Source of the DNA: Mobula hypostoma
Taxonomy: Eukaryota
Assembly: GCF_963921235.1 (NCBI RefSeq)
Contig: NC_086109.1
Coordinates: forward strand, 6,946,001-7,010,000
Direction of reading: 5' to 3'
Length of the DNA stretch: 64,000 bases
Under the pieces are notes generated by a model. It saw only the letters and a list, made by a program, of their open reading frames with translations. It was not told the DNA's origin and did no database searches. The translations under genes were made by a program, and so were the position numbers. Below, one piece after another: positions 38,689-51,868 of this stretch. The first letter of the stretch is position 1, and each line of letters starts with the position of its first letter.

Positions 38689-40649
38689 GATGTCGAATAA
38701 AATTGGCCTACGAGGCTGCTTGGTCCTTGTAGAAGGTCCTAATGAGGAGTCTTGACCAAAAACGTTGAAGTCCATTTCGCCCTCCACCCCTCAGAGTTGC
38801 TGCCTCACTGGCTGAGTCCCTCCAGCAGGTTGTTTCTCACCCAGGATTCCAGCGTCGTCAGTCTCGTGAGTCCCCACCTAGCGATTATGGAAAGCAGGCT
38901 CAGACAGTCTGTGGGGAGATTATGTTGTGGGTGTAATTCAACTGCTGCTGAGATGCCCCTGTTGAACGGAATCTGATATCGTGTCTTGAAGCAAATAACT
39001 GGCGACCTTAATGACATCGTGAACTCGAAACCAAAAGTCAGAGTCAAGTGTAATGTCATATGCACAGGTACAATGAAGAACGAACTTGCAGCAGCAACCC
39101 AAACACAGAGAATCACGGAAGCGGAAAAGTGACAAAGGCAATTATCCAAGCATCCCGTGTTGACTCGTAGCTCAGAAGCTCTGCAAGTATATTTGTTTAA
39201 ACATCTTATTGACAGGTCTGTGATCATACGTCACACAGAGGGTCTGGACCTTCTGTGCCGCCCCTAGACCCAGAGAAGAACTCAAGAACATTAGAAAACA
39301 GGAGCAGGATTAGCCCACTCCATCCTGAAGGCAGAGGGTAGCAAATCTTTGGACTTCTTTTCCCGGGAGGACTTAGGGACACGGTTCAGTTTGTTGTCTT
39401 CTGACTGTACATATATACAACCAAACGAAACAATGTTCCTTCGGACCACGGGGCACGCACAAAATGTATATCACACACAACACATGAAACAAAATATTAC
39501 CACAAATGTTAGTAAGTCCTGGTCCTGATGCAGCCTAGAAAGCACACCAGTGCCTCAACTTCCTCGTGAGGGCAAGGAAATTCAACATGTCCCCGTGACC
39601 ACAGGAAAATGTAGTGACTTATCCAGTCCATCATGCAAACCAGCCTCCTCTCCACTGACTCTGCCTGCATATCCCACTGCCTCGGGATAACAGCCAGCAT
39701 AGTCAAGGACCCCCCACCAGGCACTCTCTCTTCTCCCCACTACCATCCTGAAAGCACATACCACCAGGGTCAAGGACAGCTTTTATATGACTGTTATAAG
39801 GTTCTTGAACAGACCTCTTGTACGATAAAGGTGACCTCTTGATTCACAATCTACCATGTAATGGTTCTTGCACTTTATTTGTTTACCTGCAGGGTAACTG
39901 TAACATAATATTCAGCATTCTGCTTTCCTTTTTGTAGGACCTCAAAGTACTGATGTATGGAATGATCTGTCTGGGTGGCATGCAAACAGAAGCTTTTCAT
40001 CGTATTCTGTAAATGTCAGAATCTCAGTCAGATTTGTATTCACTGACTTGCCCGTTCTGAACATAGAACTCAGACCAGTACAGCACAGGAACAGGCCCTT
40101 CAGCCCACAATGTTGTGCTGCCCCAACTAACAAGTAAATCAAACAACCCCAAAAACGCATCCCTCCTACCTACACAATGCCCATATCCCTCCATCTTCCT
40201 CTCATCCATGTGCCAATCTAAACGTCTCTTAAAAGACTCTAATGTATTTACCTCTACCACCATACCACATTCCAGGCAACCACCACTCTCTGAGTAAAAA
40301 ACTTACCCCTCACACCTACCTCCTCTCACCTTCAATGTATTAGACATTTCGACCCTGAGAAAAAGATACTCCTTATCTACTCTACCTATGTCTCTTATAA
40401 TCATATAAACCTCTATTTGTCATGGTCTGGTCCATGAAGTCTGCATTCCGGCTCACGGTCCGGTCCATCGACCCTTGCTCCAGGTTTTCCTGTCTACCCT
40501 GTTTCTCTTCCTGTTGAGCACTAATTGAGGCAGCTGATTCTCATTGGGGCTGGCTGCATAAATACCTCCAGAGACCAGGGTGTAGCTGCTGGATTGTTCT
40601 TGTCCTTACTCCTTGTATCCTTTCCCCTGCCTTCTGTTTCCTCGCCTGA

Positions 40650-40745
40650 AGCCTTGCCTCGCCTTGCCTCGCCTTGCCTCGCCTCGCCTCGCCTCGCCTC
40701 GCCTTGCCTTGCCTCGCCTCGCCTTGCCTCGCCTCGCCTCGCCTG
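40650..40745. repeat. (GCCTY)n pentanucleotide microsatellite inside the solo LTR
   Basis: Direct reading. Confidence 0.9.
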
Positions 40746-40780
40746 TAACTCTCGTCCTGGAGCCACCCTCTACCTAGCTC

Positions 40781-41133
40781 CCTTCCTGTCCCTTGCCACC
40801 GCTGGGTAAGTCAGGCCGTCTTGCCGTTACCTAAGGTTGGTTCTGTCCCTTCCTGTCCCTTGCCACCGCTGGGTAAGTCAGGCCGTCTTGCCGTTACCTA
40901 AGGTTGGTTCTGTCCCTTCCTGTCCCTTGCCACCGCTGGGTAAGTCAGGCCGTCTTGCCGTTACCTAAGGTTGGTTCTGTCCCTTCCTGTCCCTTGCCAC
41001 CACTGGGTAAGTCAGGCTGTCTTGCCGTTACCTAAGGTTGGTTCTGTCCCTTCCTGTCCCTTGCCTCCCTTGGGTAAGCCAGGCCATATTGCTGTTACCC
41101 TGCGATTAGTTCTGTCCCTTCCTGTCCCTTGCC
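40781..41133. repeat. 67-bp tandem repeat, about 5.2 copies, inside the solo LTR
   Basis: Units start at 40781, 40848, 40915, 40982, 41049 and 41116 (partial). Confidence 0.9.
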
Positions 41134-43252
41134 TCGTTGGTTGGAGATCCGCACCCTGGCCAGGTTATCCGCATCCTGCCCAGGAGTACCGCGCCCTGCC
41201 CAGGAGGAGCTTCAATACCCCAAGCCTCAAGCCTCACCCCAAGCCAAGCTTCAAGACCCCAAGCCTCAAGCCTCTGGTCTCCAGCCTCGCCTCAAGCCTG
41301 AAGACTCCAGCCTCCTCCTGCCTGCCAGCCAAGTCACGTCCTTGCCTAGTTCTGGGGTTCGAGCCAGAGGCAAGACCCAGGTTCTGGGTCCTTGTCCAGT
41401 CTCTAGCTCGGAGTCCAAGCCTGGGCTCCTAGCTTTCTTGTCCAGTCCTGTTCTGGGTTCCCAGTTTTCGTGTCCCTGTCCTTGCCCTCGCCCTGTATCC
41501 TAGACCTGTCCCTAGTACTTCAGTGTCTGTGTCTTGCACTTGGGTCCATTCCCAGCCGCCTCCTTATGACACTATCAGATCTCCCCTCAGACTGCACCAC
41601 TCCAGAGAAAACAACCCAAGTTTATCCAGCCTCTCCCGATAGCACATGCCCTCTAAACCAAGCAGCATCCTGGTAAAACTCCTTGGCACCCTGCCCAAAG
41701 CCTCAACATCCTTTCTATAGTGGGGTGACTGGAACTGTACGCAGCACTCCAGATGTGGCCCAGTATAAGGAGACAAACTCACAGTAAATGACAAAAATAA
41801 GCATATGGTGCAAGAAGAAAGAATAATGGCATAGAGTTCATGGGTTTCATGTGACAATTAAAGATCAAATTTTAGGTTTATTTGTCACGTGTACTTCGAA
41901 AGTTCCATCATGAAAGAAAGAAGGAAAGTCAGGTCCACCATGGGCTCAAGCCTCCTCAGCATCCAGAACATCTTCAAGGAGCGACGCATCAAAAAGATGG
42001 CATCCCATCATTAGAGACCCCCATCACCCAGGTCATGCCTTGTTCTCATTGCTACCATCAAGGAGCCTGAAGGCACACGCTTAACGTTTCAGGAACAGCT
42101 TCTTCACCTCTGCCACCCGATTTCTGAAAGGGCACTGAACCAATAAAGGCTACCTCACTACTTTTGCACTACTTATTTAATTTAACTATATATATATATA
42201 TAGTAATTCACAGTTTGCGTCCACAACCAATACAGTCCGAGGATGTGCTAGGAGTAGCTTATGAGTGTCGCCATGCTTCTGGCACCAACATAGCATACTC
42301 AAAACGTACAAACTCTAGCCAGTGCATAGAAAAAAGGAAAGAACATTACAGTATAGTACAGGGTTGTACCAACTTTTTGACCTACTCTGACATCAATCAA
42401 ACTCTCCCCCCCTCCACCCACATAGCCCTCCGTTGTTTCTATCACCTATGTGTCTAAATAAGAGTTTCTTAAATGTCCCTAGAAGTATCTGTCTCTACTG
42501 CCATCTGGGTGCATTTTTGACACACCTACAATTCTCTGTGTGAAAAACCTACCTCTGGCATCCCCCTATACTTTTCTCCAATCACCTTAAAATTATGCTT
42601 GTATTAGGCATTTCTGCCGTGAACAAAATGTCCCTGGCTATCCATTCGATCTATGCCTCTTATCATCTTCTGTACCTCCATCAAGTCACCTCTCGTCCTC
42701 CTTCACTCCAAAGAGAAAATCTCTAGTTCACTCGACCTATCCCGACAAGAACATGCTCTCTGATCTGGGCGGCATCCTGATAAATCTCTTCTGCACCCTC
42801 TCGAAAGCTTCCACATCCTTCCTATAAAGAGACGACCAGAACTAAACACAATACTCCAAGTGTGGACTGACTGGGGTTTTATAGAGCTGCAACATTACCT
42901 AGTGACTCTTGAACTCAATGTCTTTGGAATGTGGGAGGAAACCAGAGCACCCGGAGGAAACCTGCATGGTCAGAGGGAGAGCATACAGACTCTTTACAGA
43001 CAGCAGGTATAATTGAACTCTGAACACTGGCACTGCAAAGTGTTGTGTGAATTGCTGCACTACTAGTTACTGTAGAGAGAAATTGATAGATTTCAGAACA
43101 TTGCTGGAAGCAAGTGCAGTTAGTTACAAACCACAAGAGATTCAGCAGATGCTGGAAAATATGAAGCATCGACTGTTTATTCCTTTCCATAGATGCTGCC
43201 TGACCTGCGGAGTTCCTCCAGCGGTTTGTGTGTGTTCCCTTTGGTTCCTTAA

Positions 43253-43820
43253 GGTTGTTGTAGCTGGGGGTGGTAGTGGGGATAAGCTCCCCTGTATCTA
43301 TTAAGTGGGCTGCACCTCAAGTAGCCCCTGACAACCAATTCCTGACCTTCATGTGTGGCTTTAGCGACTAAGCCCGCTGGAATCGGTTCTACTGACAAGA
43401 GAAGGAGCAAAGGCGAGTTACTGGCACCTTAAAACCAGTCACTTCGGGCAGATGGGGTTTGTCAGGCATGGCTGGCAGCTCACCCAGGAGAGGGAAAGCT
43501 CTGATCTCAAACCTCCGCTGTTTTGAACCTATACCCATTCACAGGGAAGGCTTCGGGAGTAAACCCTGAGGGAAAAATCTGGAGCTGGAGTCCCTAAGGC
43601 AGTCCTACATTGAGTTCAACGTTGACCAGCAACTCCTGTGACACCACCGGTGCCAACTGGAATCAGTCTCCGCCGTTCCTTTGGGTTCATCAGCTGTGTG
43701 GAAAGGGAGAGCCTGCTGCTTGGGCAACAGCTTTTCTCCGTATCGTACTGCCCTGGACTGCGTACTGGCAGACAGCTAGGGCACAACATCCATGGTTGAC
43801 CCTGATCAACGGAGGGCCTA
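43253..43820 (+). mobile_element. Unclassified ~550-bp dispersed repeat (copies about 22795-23325 minus, 52700-53255 plus)
   Basis: Three clearly homologous copies sharing GGGGGTGGTAGTGGGGATAAGCTCCC...CTACTGACAGGAGAAGGGGCAAAG...GATCTCAAACCTC. Confidence 0.65.
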
Positions 43821-46002
43821 CTACTCTTAGTGTTGATCAGATGAGATCGAAGACTGGGTGACCACCTCCCACTTCTCTACCCGATGCTCTTGTATGCAAT
43901 GGAGAGGGAAGGTGGGCTGGTAGCTCTGATTACATTTCCACTCCTTGTGGTCAGCAGATGTTGCCAAATTTTTCAGTACTGCGATGTTTCCACACTGAGA
44001 AAGGAGAGATGTGAGATATTGACATGACGAGTAACTAATTCTTACCAGTGGATATATTTCTTACATTAAAGTTGCTGGTGAACGCAGCAGGCCAGGCAGC
44101 ATCTCTAGGAAGAGGTACAGTCAACGTTTCAGGCCGAGACCCTTTTGCAGAATTCCTGTTGTTTGCGTTTTTAAAATTCACTACTGCGAAGCCTCTTCCA
44201 GTGATGCCTACTCCGAAGAAGTTTAGACCCTCTCTTCTGACTGTACCTCTTCCTAGAGATGCTGCCTGGCCTGCTGCATTCACCAGCAACTTTGATGTGT
44301 GTTGCTTGAATTTCCAGCATCTGCAGAATTCCTGCTGTTTATATTTCTTACATTGCCCTTTTTAGCTTAAAATATGAAAGGATATGAAAGGTTTAAAGGG
44401 ATACGGCCCAAGTGCAGGCAAGTAGGATTAGCTTAGATGGGCATCTTGGCCAGTATAGGTGAGATGGGCTGAAGGGCCTGTTTCCATGCTCTATGACTTC
44501 ATGAGTCCTTGACACTGATCAGTGGGGAGAGGCTGAGGACAGTAATTGGGACCGAAGGTCTCTGGGTTAGGCTTCCTCTCCCTAACTTCTGGGACCAGTG
44601 AAACTGGCTGCAGTCATGGAGTCATAGAGGAACACAGCAGAGAACAGGCCCTTCGGCCCAACCAGTCTGTGCTAACCACAACCCCCACCTGGATAGTCCC
44701 AATTTCCTGCTTCCAGCCCATAACCTTTGAAGCCCCACACCTCCACGTACCTATCCCAGTGCTTCTTAAATTTACTATTGTACCTGCCCCAACCAGTACC
44801 TCTGGCAGTTTGTTCCATATACTCACCTCCTTCTTTGTCAAAGAGTCACCTTTCAGGTCCTCTTTCCCCCCTCTCACCCTGAATCTCTGACCCCCCCCTC
44901 CTAGTTTTGGACTTCCGTAACTGACTGCCCGCTATGCCATTGGCGTTTAGGGCAGCAATGAAGACCCCCATCTCTGACGGTGTTCAGGGCTTCCTTCATC
45001 ATGTCAGTAGCTTCTTCTCCACTTAAACAAACTACTTTCAGACATGCAAGTCCCAGATGGAGACTAAGGAATACTATCACACTCAGATGTAGAAGGATTC
45101 TTCATTGCTTTTCCCATAACAATTTTGTTTTACCAGTCAGGGGTGTTAGACTTAAGCTGAACCCCAGGACCTGGAGGAACTTTGGACTGCCCTACCCTGG
45201 GGAAAAGACTGTGAGCATCTATGCCTCTCATTATTTTAAACACTTCTAAAAGGTCGCCCCTCATTCCCTTATACTCCACATAGCCTGACCAATCTCTCCA
45301 TTTTCATTTTTCTATTTTTAAGTCTAAACCGTAATACAACTCTAAAAGCAAGACCTCTCAGAGCCCAACAAGATCGGCACAGACTGAGAGTAATAATTCT
45401 ACAAGCACTGGTAAACAATGCATGAACGAAGATAGGTAGAGTCCTGCCCCATTACACAAATCACATTGTCCTGCTCAAGCAGTGAAGGTCGCTGAGGACG
45501 GCGAGATAAGAAACAAATAAAATAGAACAATAAATCAACAGACTGCTTTATCACCTTGAAATGGCCTGATCGGGAATCCCCTTGCCCATTTAGTTTTAAT
45601 GAACCAGTGAATGAAAACGGTGCAAAGGGACTTGTCAGTCCTCGTGCGGGATCTCCTAATTTGCAGGGCGGTGAGGAAGGCAAATATAATTTTTGGCATT
45701 CATTTCAAGAGGATGAGAGTATAAAAGCAAGGATATAATGTTGAGACTTTATAAAGCACCGGTGAGGCCTCACTTTGGAATATTGTGAGCAGTTTTGGGC
45801 CCCTTATCTAAGAAAGGAAGTGCTGACATTGGAGAGGGTTCAAAGCAGGTTCGCGAAAATGTTTCTGGGATTGAAAGGCTTGTCATACGAGAAGCGTTTA
45901 ATGGCTCTGGGCCTGTACTCACTGGAATTCTGAAGTTACCCCTCACATTGTACCCTAGCAAATGGTGAAAGGCCTTGACAGAGTGGATGCAGAGGCAATG
46001 TT

Positions 46003-48137
46003 AGAACATAGAACATAGAAAAGTATAGCACTGTACAGGCCCTTCGGCCCACAATGTTGTGCCAACCCTCAAACCCTGCCTCCCATATAAGCCCCCACCT
46101 TAAATTCCTCCATATACCTGTCTAGCAGTCTCTTAAACTTCACTAGTGTATCTACCTCCACCACTGACTCAGGCAGTGCATTCCATGCACCAACTGCTCT
46201 CTGAGTAAAAAACCTTCCTCTAATATCCCCCTTGAACTTCCCACCCCTTACCTTAAAGCCATGTCCTCTTGTATTGAGCAGTGGTGCCCTGGGGAAGAGG
46301 TACTAGCTATCCACTCTATCTATTCCTCTTATTATCTTGTACACCTCTATCATGTCTCCTCTCATCCTCCTTCTCTCAAAAGAGTAAAGCCCTAGCTCCC
46401 TTAATCTCTGAACATAATGCATACTCTCTAAACCAGGCAGCATCCAGGTAAATCTCCTCTGTACCCTTTCCAATGGTTCCACATCCTTCCTATAGTGAGG
46501 TGACCAGAAATGGACACAGTACTCCAAGTGTGGCCTAACCAGAGTTTTATAGAGCTGCATCATTACATCACGGCTCTTAAACTCTATCCCTCGACTTATG
46601 AAAGTTAACACCCCATAAGCTTTCTTAACTACCCTATCTACCTGTGAGGCAACTTTCAGGGATCTGTGGACATGTACTCCCAGATCCCTCTGCTCCTCCA
46701 CACTACCAAGTATCCTGCCATTTACTTTGTACTCTGCCTTAGAGTTTGTCCTTCCAAAGTGTACCACCTCACACTTCTCTGAGTTGAACTCCATCTGCCA
46801 CTTCTCAGCCCACTTCTGCATCCGATCAATGTCTCTCTGCAATCTTTGACAATTCTCTACACTATCTACAACACCACCAACCTTTGTGTCGTCTGCAAAC
46901 TTGCCAACTTACCCTTCTACCCCTACATCCAGGTCGTTAATAAAAATCATGAAAAGTAGAAGTCCCAGAACAGATCCTTGTGGGACACCACTAGTCACAA
47001 TCCTCCAATCTGAATGTACTCCCTCCACCACGACCCTCTGCCTTCTGCAGGCAAACCAATTCTGAATCCACCTGGCCAAACTTCCCTGGATCCCATGCTT
47101 TCTGACTTTCTGAACAAGCCTACTATATGGAACCTTGTCAAATGCCTTACTAAAATCCATATTGATCACATCCACTGCACTACCCTCATCTATATGCCTG
47201 GTCACCTCCTAAAAGAACTCTATCAGGCTTGTTAGACATGATCTGCCCTTCACAAAGCCATGCTGACTGTCCCTGATCAGACCTTGATTCTCTAAATGCC
47301 CAGAGATCCTATATCTAAGAATCTTTTCCAACAGCTTTCCCACCACAGACGTAAGGCTCAATGATCTATAATTACCCGGACTATCCCTACTACCTTTTTT
47401 GAACAAGGGAACAACATTCGCCTCCCTCCAATCCTCCGGTACCATTCCCGTGGACAACGAGGACATAAAGATCCTAGCCAGAGGCTCAGCAATCTCTTCC
47501 CTTGCCTCCTGGAGCAGCCTGGGGAATATTCCGTCAGGCCCTGGGGACTTATCCATCCTAATGTATTTTAACAACTCCAACACCTCCTCTCCCTTAATAT
47601 CAACATGCTCCAGAACATCAACCTCACTCATATTGTCCTCACCATCATCAAGTTCCCTCTCATTGGTGAATACCGAAGAGAAGTATTTATTGAGGACCTC
47701 GCTCACTTCCACAGCCTCCAGGCACATCTTCCCACCTTTATCTCTAATCGGTCCTACCTTCACTCCTGTCATCCTTTTTTTCTTCATATAATTGAAGAAT
47801 GCCTTGGGGTTTTCCTTTACCCTACTCGCCAAGGCCTTCTCATGCCTCCTTCTTGCTCTTCTCAGCCCCTTCTTAAGCTCCTTTCTTGCTTCCCTGTATT
47901 CCTCAATAGACCCATCTGATCCTTGCTTCCTAGACCTCATGTATGCTGCCTTCTTCCACCTGACTAGATTTTCCACCTCACTTGTCGCCCATGGTTCCTT
48001 CACCCTACCATTCTTTATCTTCCTCACCGGGACAAATTTATCCCTAACATCCTGCAAGAGATCTCTAAACATCGACCACATGTCCGTAGTACATTTCCCT
48101 GCAAAAACATCATCCCAATTCACACCCGCAAGTTCTA
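46003..48137 (-). mobile_element. 5'-truncated CR1 LINE (second subfamily, with stops) nested in an older plus-strand CR1 (about 45695-46000 and 48140-48470)
   Basis: RT motifs in ORFs 47209-48123, 46909-47205 and 46303-46842; (TTCTATG)n tail at about 46003. The host CR1 sequence resumes across the insertion. Confidence 0.9.
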
Positions 48138-48681
48138 GCGGTGTTTCCTATGGTGGAGAAGTCTAAGACCAGAGAAAACAGCTTCAGAACAGAGGGGCAT
48201 CCTTTTCGAATGGAGATGAGGAGGAATTTCTTTAGCCAGAGAGCAGTGAATCTGTGGAATTTGTTGCCACAGGTGACTGTGGAGACCAGGTAATTGGGTA
48301 TACTTAAGGCAGAGGTTGATAGATTCTTGGTTAATCAGGGCATGAAGGGATACGGGGAGAAGGTAGGAGATTGGGGCTGAGTGGGAAAATGAATCAGCCA
48401 TGATGACATGGTGATGCAGACTCAATGGGCCAAATGGCCTAATTCTGCTCCTATATCTTATGGTCTTATGGTACAGTGAGGTACATTTACAATGAAAACT
48501 TACCTGTCCCATCAGCTGGTCTCACCTATCACCTGCCAGCTTGTATTCCTCTCCCTCACTCCACCTTCTTATTCTGGCTTCTTCCCCCTTCCTTCCCAGT
48601 CCTGATGAAGGGTCTCATTCCAAAATGGCTACTGTTTCTTCCTCTGCGCAGATGCTGCCTGACTCGCCGAGTTCCTCCAGC

Positions 48682-48721
<40 letters not shown>

Positions 48722-48862
48722 GCTCTGGTCCTCCAGCGCCTGGGGAATCTCTGGTGTCATTGAAAAACTCAACTGCAGTTGCATCGCAGAATCAGAATCC
48801 GGTTTAGTATCAGTGACATATATTCTGAAATGTGTTGTTTTGTGGTAGCAGTACAGTGCAGT

Positions 48863-49160
48863 GTGTTGGCGCGTGGCCAAGTGGTTAAGGCGTTCGTCTA
48901 GTGATCTGAAGGTCGCCAGTTCGAGCCTGGAGCAAGGCACTTAACCACACATTGCTCTGCGACGACACTGGTGCCAAGCCGTATGGGTCCTAATGCCCTT
49001 CCCATGGACAACATTGGTGTCGTGGAGAGGGGAGACTTGCAGCATGGGCAACTGCTGGTCTTCCATACAACCTTGCCCAGGCCTGCGCCCTGGAGAGTGA
49101 AGACTTTCCAGGCGCAGATCCATGGTCTTGCAAGACTAACAGATGCCTATATATATACAC
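48863..49160 (+). mobile_element. tRNA-derived SINE with 10-bp TSD
   Basis: A-box TGGCCAAGTGG, B-box-like AGTTCGAGCC, (TA)n tail. TSD ACAGTGCAGT at 48853-48862 and 49161-49170. Confidence 0.8.
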
Positions 49161-49701
49161 ACAGTGCAGTACATAAAAAGGTTCCAATAAGAAATATAAA
49201 TAAATAAATAATTGTGCCAACTAGTGAGATGGTGCTTATGTGTTCATGGGCCTTTCAGAAACGTGATTGTGAAGGAGCAGAAGCTGTTCCTAAATCATTG
49301 AGTGTGTGTCTTCAGGCTCCTGTACCTCAAAGTTCAAATTAAATACATATATGTCACTATATACAACCCTGAGGTTCATTTTTGCAGGCAAACTCAATAA
49401 GTCCAAAAACCATAACAGGATCAATGAAAGGCTGTACCAACGCTGGCGTTCCGCCAATGTGCAAAAGACAGCAAACTGTGCAAATATACAGAGAAAGAAA
49501 CTATAATAATAAATAAATAAACAATAAATATCGAGAATGTGAGATGAAGGGTCCTTGAAAGTGAGTCCACTGGTTGTGGGAACATTTCAATGATGAGGCA
49601 AGTGAAGTTATCCCCTTCGATTCAAGAGCCTGATGGTTGTACAACACACACAAAACGCTGGAGGAACTCAACAGGCCCGGCAACACCTATGGAAAAGAGT
49701 A

Positions 49702-49739
49702 CAGTCGACGTTTCGGGCAGAGACCCTTCATCAGGACTG
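49702..49739 (-). ncRNA. Minimal type I hammerhead ribozyme motif (PLE-type), best-preserved copy
   Basis: Minus strand reads CAGUC-CUGAUGA-A-GGGU(CUCU)GCCC-GAAAC-GUC-GACUG: 5-bp helix I, intact core boxes, 4-bp helix II, palindromic ACGU in place of helix III, GUC cleavage triplet. Confidence 0.75.
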
Positions 49740-51672
49740 GAGAGAAAAGAAAAAATGAGGGGTCAGAGTTAGATGGTAGGGGTGGACGGGTGTCGTCAGG
49801 CTCCTGTACTTCCTCTCTGACGGTAGCAGCGAGAAGAGGACGCTTCCTGGGTGATGGGGACCCTTAAGGATAGATGTGGCTTTCCTGAGGCATCACCATT
49901 TGAAGACATCTTCGATGACGGGGAGGCTCGTGCCCGTGACGGAGCTGGCGGAACCACCACGCTCTGCAGCCTCTTTCGATCCTGCGCGTGGCGGCCGCCA
50001 TACGAGGCGGTAGTGCAGCCAGTCAGAATGCCCTCCATTTGGTTCAGACAGACTGTGGTTCAGCCCTCCGTTGTATAGATTGCTGACTCATCACCTGATT
50101 CATCAGACAGAAGCAAGCGGGCCTTGTTTAGCTGTTGGCGCTTGTTGTGTTCTGTGTTGTTCTGCTGAGGATGGTTGGGTGTGCTGCGCTCAAGACAGAA
50201 TGTGTGGCCAAGCTTCCCACACATCCTTGGGTGCGCTTGTTGTTAACACGAACGACACATTTCACTGTATGTTTCGATGTACATGTGGTAAATAAATCTG
50301 AATTTAAATTTGAATCCGAAAAGGTTAAAAAAACAAGTTATGAGTTACACCGCTCTAGCCTTGTTGGTAAGGGTATAATGATGTAGTTTCTACCTGAATG
50401 AGGCGTGGCTGTTCACACGAACAGAAATGGAACAAAAGTTCAAAGCTTATGGTTGTTTTGATAAGCAAAGCTAACAGTGTGTGAAATGTCAATGCTGATG
50501 TGGATTTTGGCCAGGGTAATACAAATATGAATTACAAATTGTTCTAACCTTTGGCTAATTTCCAGCTCAGTTCGTATTGGAGGAAGGAGGAGGTGTATTT
50601 GCTGCCTTCCTCCAGTCCAGACAATGTCCCCTCGCAAAGGGCAGACATAGAGTTCACCGTCCCTAACCACTCTGGACTCTGACCATGCTGAATACTACAA
50701 GTGTCTCACTGCCAGATGTCGACCCAATATTCTCTCGGTGTCCTCTCCACCCTTAAAACACAGTTAGCCATTCTCGAAATGTGGGTGTCGTTTGTAAGTT
50801 TGGCCTCAATTGCCCCTTCCTAATCATTCCAGAACTGAGCGGCGTGTTGCCTCTGTGCAGAGAGTGGATAAGAGTTCATTTACACGGAGTGGGACGGAGT
50901 CAGATGGGGGCCGGAAAGGACAAGGGCAGCAGATCTCCTCCCTTGAAGAACATTGGTGTGTTTGGTCAACAACCCAACAAAGGGTCAGCACAGTATTGTG
51001 AGTTTAAGGGCCCGTACTGAGAACTGGAATCAGCATCTTTATTGGAATCACAGTATGTGTGTGTATTTGTAAAAGGTAGTGCAAAAAGGGAGTGAAAGAG
51101 GTGAGGTAGTGTTCATGGGTTCATGAACTGTTCAGGGATCTCATGGTGGAGGGGAAGAAGCTGTCACTAAAATGTTGAGTCTGTGTTTTCAGGCTCCTGT
51201 ACCTCCTCCCTGATGTTAGTAATGAGAAGAGGGCTTGTCCTGAATGGTGAGGGCCCGTAATCATGGATGCTGCCTTTTTGAGGCATCGACTTTTGAAGTT
51301 GTCCTCGATGCTGGGGAGGCTGGTGCCCACGGTGGATCTGGGTGAGTTTACAGCCCCCTGCAGCTTTTTCCGATCCTGTGCAGTGGCCCGTCCAGACCAG
51401 ACGGCGATGTACTGTTCTAGGCTCTTTGTTCTAATCTGGTGGTTTCATGGCCACCATTAATCGAGCATCTTTTTAGCTCCAGAATTGTTCAGTGACCTGC
51501 AATCAATTTTTCTTTCTTGTATCTCTGAATGCGTCCAGGCTCTTCATTGCATCTACTAACTTGGCCTCCACATTACAGTTGTTGGCTCAACCTCCCCGAA
51601 ACCTCTTGTTCAGTGAGCCCGCACCAGTGAACTTGATTTTGTTGTTAACAACAGGAAATCTGCAGATGCTGG

Positions 51673-51868
51673 AAATTCAAGCAACACACATCAAAGTTGC
51701 TGGTGAACGCAGCAGGCCAGGCAGCATCTCTAGGAAGAGGTACAGTCGACGTTTCAGGCCGAGACCCTTCGTCAGGACGAAGCCTGAAACGTCGACTGTA
51801 CCTCTTCCTAGAGATGCTGCCTGGCCTGCTGCGTTCACCAGCAACTTTGATGTGTGTTGCTTGAATTT
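51673..51868. repeat. Perfect 87-bp inverted repeat of the PLE terminal repeat with a 22-nt spacer
   Basis: 51673-51759 is the exact reverse complement of 51782-51868. Confidence 0.92.

Larger units (their letters stand above)
40418..41571 (+). mobile_element. Solo LTR (Gypsy-like), about 1.15 kb, inserted into a CR1 fragment
   Basis: Ends TGTCAT...ATGACA. Flanks CTATT and CTATC form a 5-bp TSD with one mismatch. The interrupted CR1 sequence rejoins as AAACCTCTATCAGATCTCCCC. TATA-like CATAAATA at about 40557. Confidence 0.7.

Noticed and set aside
40781..41133. CRISPR-like array
   Set aside because: Head-to-tail tandem units with no unique spacers, in eukaryotic DNA with no cas genes.
48866..48930. 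tRNA gene
   Set aside because: It is the tRNA-like head of a TSD-flanked SINE with a second copy at 1676-1998; no complete cloverleaf.
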